Positions 61,231 to 64,000 of a DNA stretch of 64,000 bases are shown here, in pieces. Origin of the DNA: Takakia lepidozioides (taxonomy: Eukaryota; Plantae; Bryophyta); NCBI GenBank assembly GCA_030704615.1, contig CM060733.1:3782001-3846000 (forward strand), in the 5' to 3' direction. The notes beneath the pieces were generated by a model. The model did not search any database and was not told the DNA's origin. It was given only the letters and a program-made list of their open reading frames with translations. A program made the translations under genes and the position numbers. Within the stretch, counting starts at the first letter, position 1, and the number at the start of each line of letters is the position of its first letter.

Positions 61231-64000
61231 CCTGCCTCAATTGCACAATTTCACGCACGAGGAGAAGAGGAAGAAAGCTTTATTTTGTCCACAGAGGGAA
61301 GGAAAGCAGGGCAGACACAGGACCCAGAACAGAGCAGTTCTCACTAGTAGTAACGAAAACATTGAAAAGGAAGGGATGAGACGCGCAGGGGGACTGGAAA
61401 TTGCAGTAAGCGAGATGGAAATGTGAGAGCTCCCAAGTAGAAAGAGAGAAGTTAGAAGGAAATGACTGTAACAAGGAGGGTAGAAAGAAATGCGTGGGAG
61501 ACAGCAATTGAGACTGGAATTGGGATAGAACAAGACACCCTGATCATGAAAATCTTAAAAAGAGGGAGACTACAAAAACACAGAAAACCAGTGCTTTCTA
61601 GAACCGTTCTCGCAATTATCTTCGTCAGTCACTAGCGTTGCTGCCCAATGCAATTGACTTGCCCAAACATCCAATCTGAAGGAGCGAGAAGGACACGGCT
61701 CAGGAGGATAACCAGAAAGAAAATGTCAGGCTCGAAAATGGAAGGAAGCAAGACCAAAAATATGGAGACAAACAGGTGGGCCTGCGACACAGAGAAAGGA
61801 CACCAGCATTTCCTTTTCGGGGAACACAAAGAGACCCCAAACATGAGACTACGAATTGCCAGCATCCAGAGAAACACCAATGCAATTCCTGCCCCGGGAG
61901 ACAACAAGAACCGAAGTGCGAGAGAATGGCAATTCTTCTCAAGCTCGAAAACGAAACCCAAAATCCTTCCCTGTTACCGAGAAAAATAACCAGGACCGCG
62001 AGAGACAGCCAGAATCACCAGCACTTGTGGTCCAACCCAGAACCAACACAACGGCGCGACGCTTTCAAAATGGTAGCCTACCCAAACCTCCAACAGCCCC
62101 AAACCCAATTCAAACGAAGCCCCCGAACTACCGAGAAAAATCCTCCCAACCCCGCAGTGAGAAGAAAACACGAACGAACCCCGGGAACAGAACGACAACA
62201 CAACAAATGCAAACCAGCTTCTTCCAAGCCCACCAAAATGCGAGAACAAAGCCCCACCTTCGCAGAGTGCGAGTCAGGACTAGAACACACAAAACTGCAG
62301 CCCCCAGCGATCTGTGCAGAGAAACTGCAATTGCGCGCAGCGAGGCTTTATAGCAGTGCGGATGTGTCAGCTGACTCCCGACTCCTCTCCTTCCCCTTCT
62401 TTCCTTTCTCTAATACTTCCTTCAGGCGCTTTATATTCCCCCAACCAACAGTCTCAGGCGCTGAGCGTCGTCGATACTGAAAATCAGCGGTTCAGATCTC
62501 CTTCGGTCTCTGGAATTTCCAGAATACTCGAAGGTTCATTTTCTGGGGGCCCCATTAGGCAATAATTAGAGCAGACACTGTAATTAGAGCTCTATCTATC
62601 TATCCTTGGAAACTGGGTCGTCTCTCTCGTCTGACGACCCTTGCCAGTCTTTTGACTACTGTGGTTTATATGTGGCGGCTCTTTGTCTCCTGCACTCATC
62701 AGCTCATGACACTCTCTTCCTGTTCATATTCCCTCCCGCCTCTCTGTGGGTCTCTTTGCTGGCCTGGGATTTGCATTGACACTAACTTGGACAGAAAAAA
62801 AGAGGTGCGTTGCTGCTCAGTTGGTCACTGCATGTGGTCACGACTTTTTTGCAGCCTTTCAGTAATATAGTGGTCTCTACAAGGTCTCTCGATCTGCATG
62901 CTATCACTCAGGGTTGTTTTCAGAAACATGTCTGGGACGTTACAGTCATCTGCACCTATTTCACAACACCAAGTCATATAAACATCTGCATTTCTGTGAT
63001 CCGGAACAATCATCCCTCTAAGTTGTGCGAGTTCGCCGTCACCGAAGTTTACGAGATATGATTGACGTCCGGCCAGTACTTACATGATCGTTTACAATTC
63101 TTTGAGTCTTTGGGCCCACAAGGACGTACAGCTATCTCGCATCATATAATTTCGAGAGGCTCAACTTGGTTCCGAGTTGGAGTACCCATGTCTACGAAGT
63201 ATGAAACAGAAGTAAAGAGCTTGCAGGCCTGACGCTCAGACAAGTTGGCCTGCCAGGAGTCCATTGCTGCATTCATGTGAGGAGAATTGCTTCCAAATTA
63301 CTTCCAAAACGACTGATACTTAAGCTATCTATGAACTGTAGACTCTTGGAATGGGATTGTGACCGTGTGTAACCACAGGAAGGCTGGCTAACATCACACT
63401 GCTGTGCTGCGTAAAAGTGCTCGCCTCTATGCGAATTGCAACTTTGGAGTGGGACCCTTCACAGATTTTTCACTGAATGTTCGAACACAATTAGCATAGT
63501 CAAGTACATTCCATCTGGATTCTTTTTCTGTTTCTTAAGTAGCATTGCGCACTTCATGTTTCATTTGACCATAACCGACAGAGCAACACGTAAACAACAT
63601 TTGTCAGAAGAAAGATATTTTTGCGGCCTTGAAGCTCTCAAAATTCACGCGATCCTTCGTCTTTCTCTCCACGGGATATAATTACCGCATTGACGACAGC
63701 TACAGCAATGATGATGGCGATTATGAAGCCTAATCTGCGAGAATGTGAAATCATCAGCAGTCAACAAAGTTACAAACAAAGTGAGTATCTAGTATCCCCC
63801 ATCTGCTTGTGGGAACAACACGGCCATGAGTCTCTCAAGAGGTCTGAAGCTCGAATCTCTTGCCTTGGCATGACATGAGCTCAATGGAAGATGTTCCTCT
63901 TGACGAGGAGGAGACTTTTGTGGGGTTCTTGTCCGTTACAGTGAGAAAGTCAGCGAAATGTTGTAGAAAAGCAGGAGTTGGGTCCCTGTGGGGGAAATGT

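Noticed and set aside
61632-62565. Overlapping ORFs upstream of GMI1
   Set aside because: Low-complexity purine/pyrimidine-biased sequence typical of a 5' UTR, leader intron or promoter, with no domain motifs.

Overview
Eukaryotic land-plant DNA, probably from a non-seed plant: spliceosomal introns, a PLS-type PPR gene, a GMI1/SMCHD1-like gene and a Tcn1-like chromovirus. The left 22.5 kb is a nested retroelement block scrambled by a ~7.1 kb inversion (about 12710-19837). Undoing the inversion gives an L1-type LINE interrupted by two Ty3/Gypsy elements. Element E1 is unusual in three ways. Its pol carries a DNMT3-like C5 cytosine methyltransferase between protease and RT. Its integrase ends in a PHD finger. 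Its ends are not ordinary LTRs but split direct repeats (A1...B1-A2-B2) with a palindromic GACA-GC-TGTC junction, a probable 4-bp TSD and no tRNA PBS. Element E2 is a chromodomain Gypsy with a Tf1-type self-priming PBS. The rest of the window holds a methyltransferase gene fragment beside a MULE-like relic, a Tourist-like MITE, a KRTCAP2/KCP2 gene, a PPR gene with a decayed DYW tail and a ~24 kb multi-exon GMI1-like gene. The GMI1 introns contain many copies of a short hairpin + (CATTT)n repeat and a 1.5 kb insert depleted of C on one strand. All coordinates, alignments and identities were read by eye, and no database search was run.
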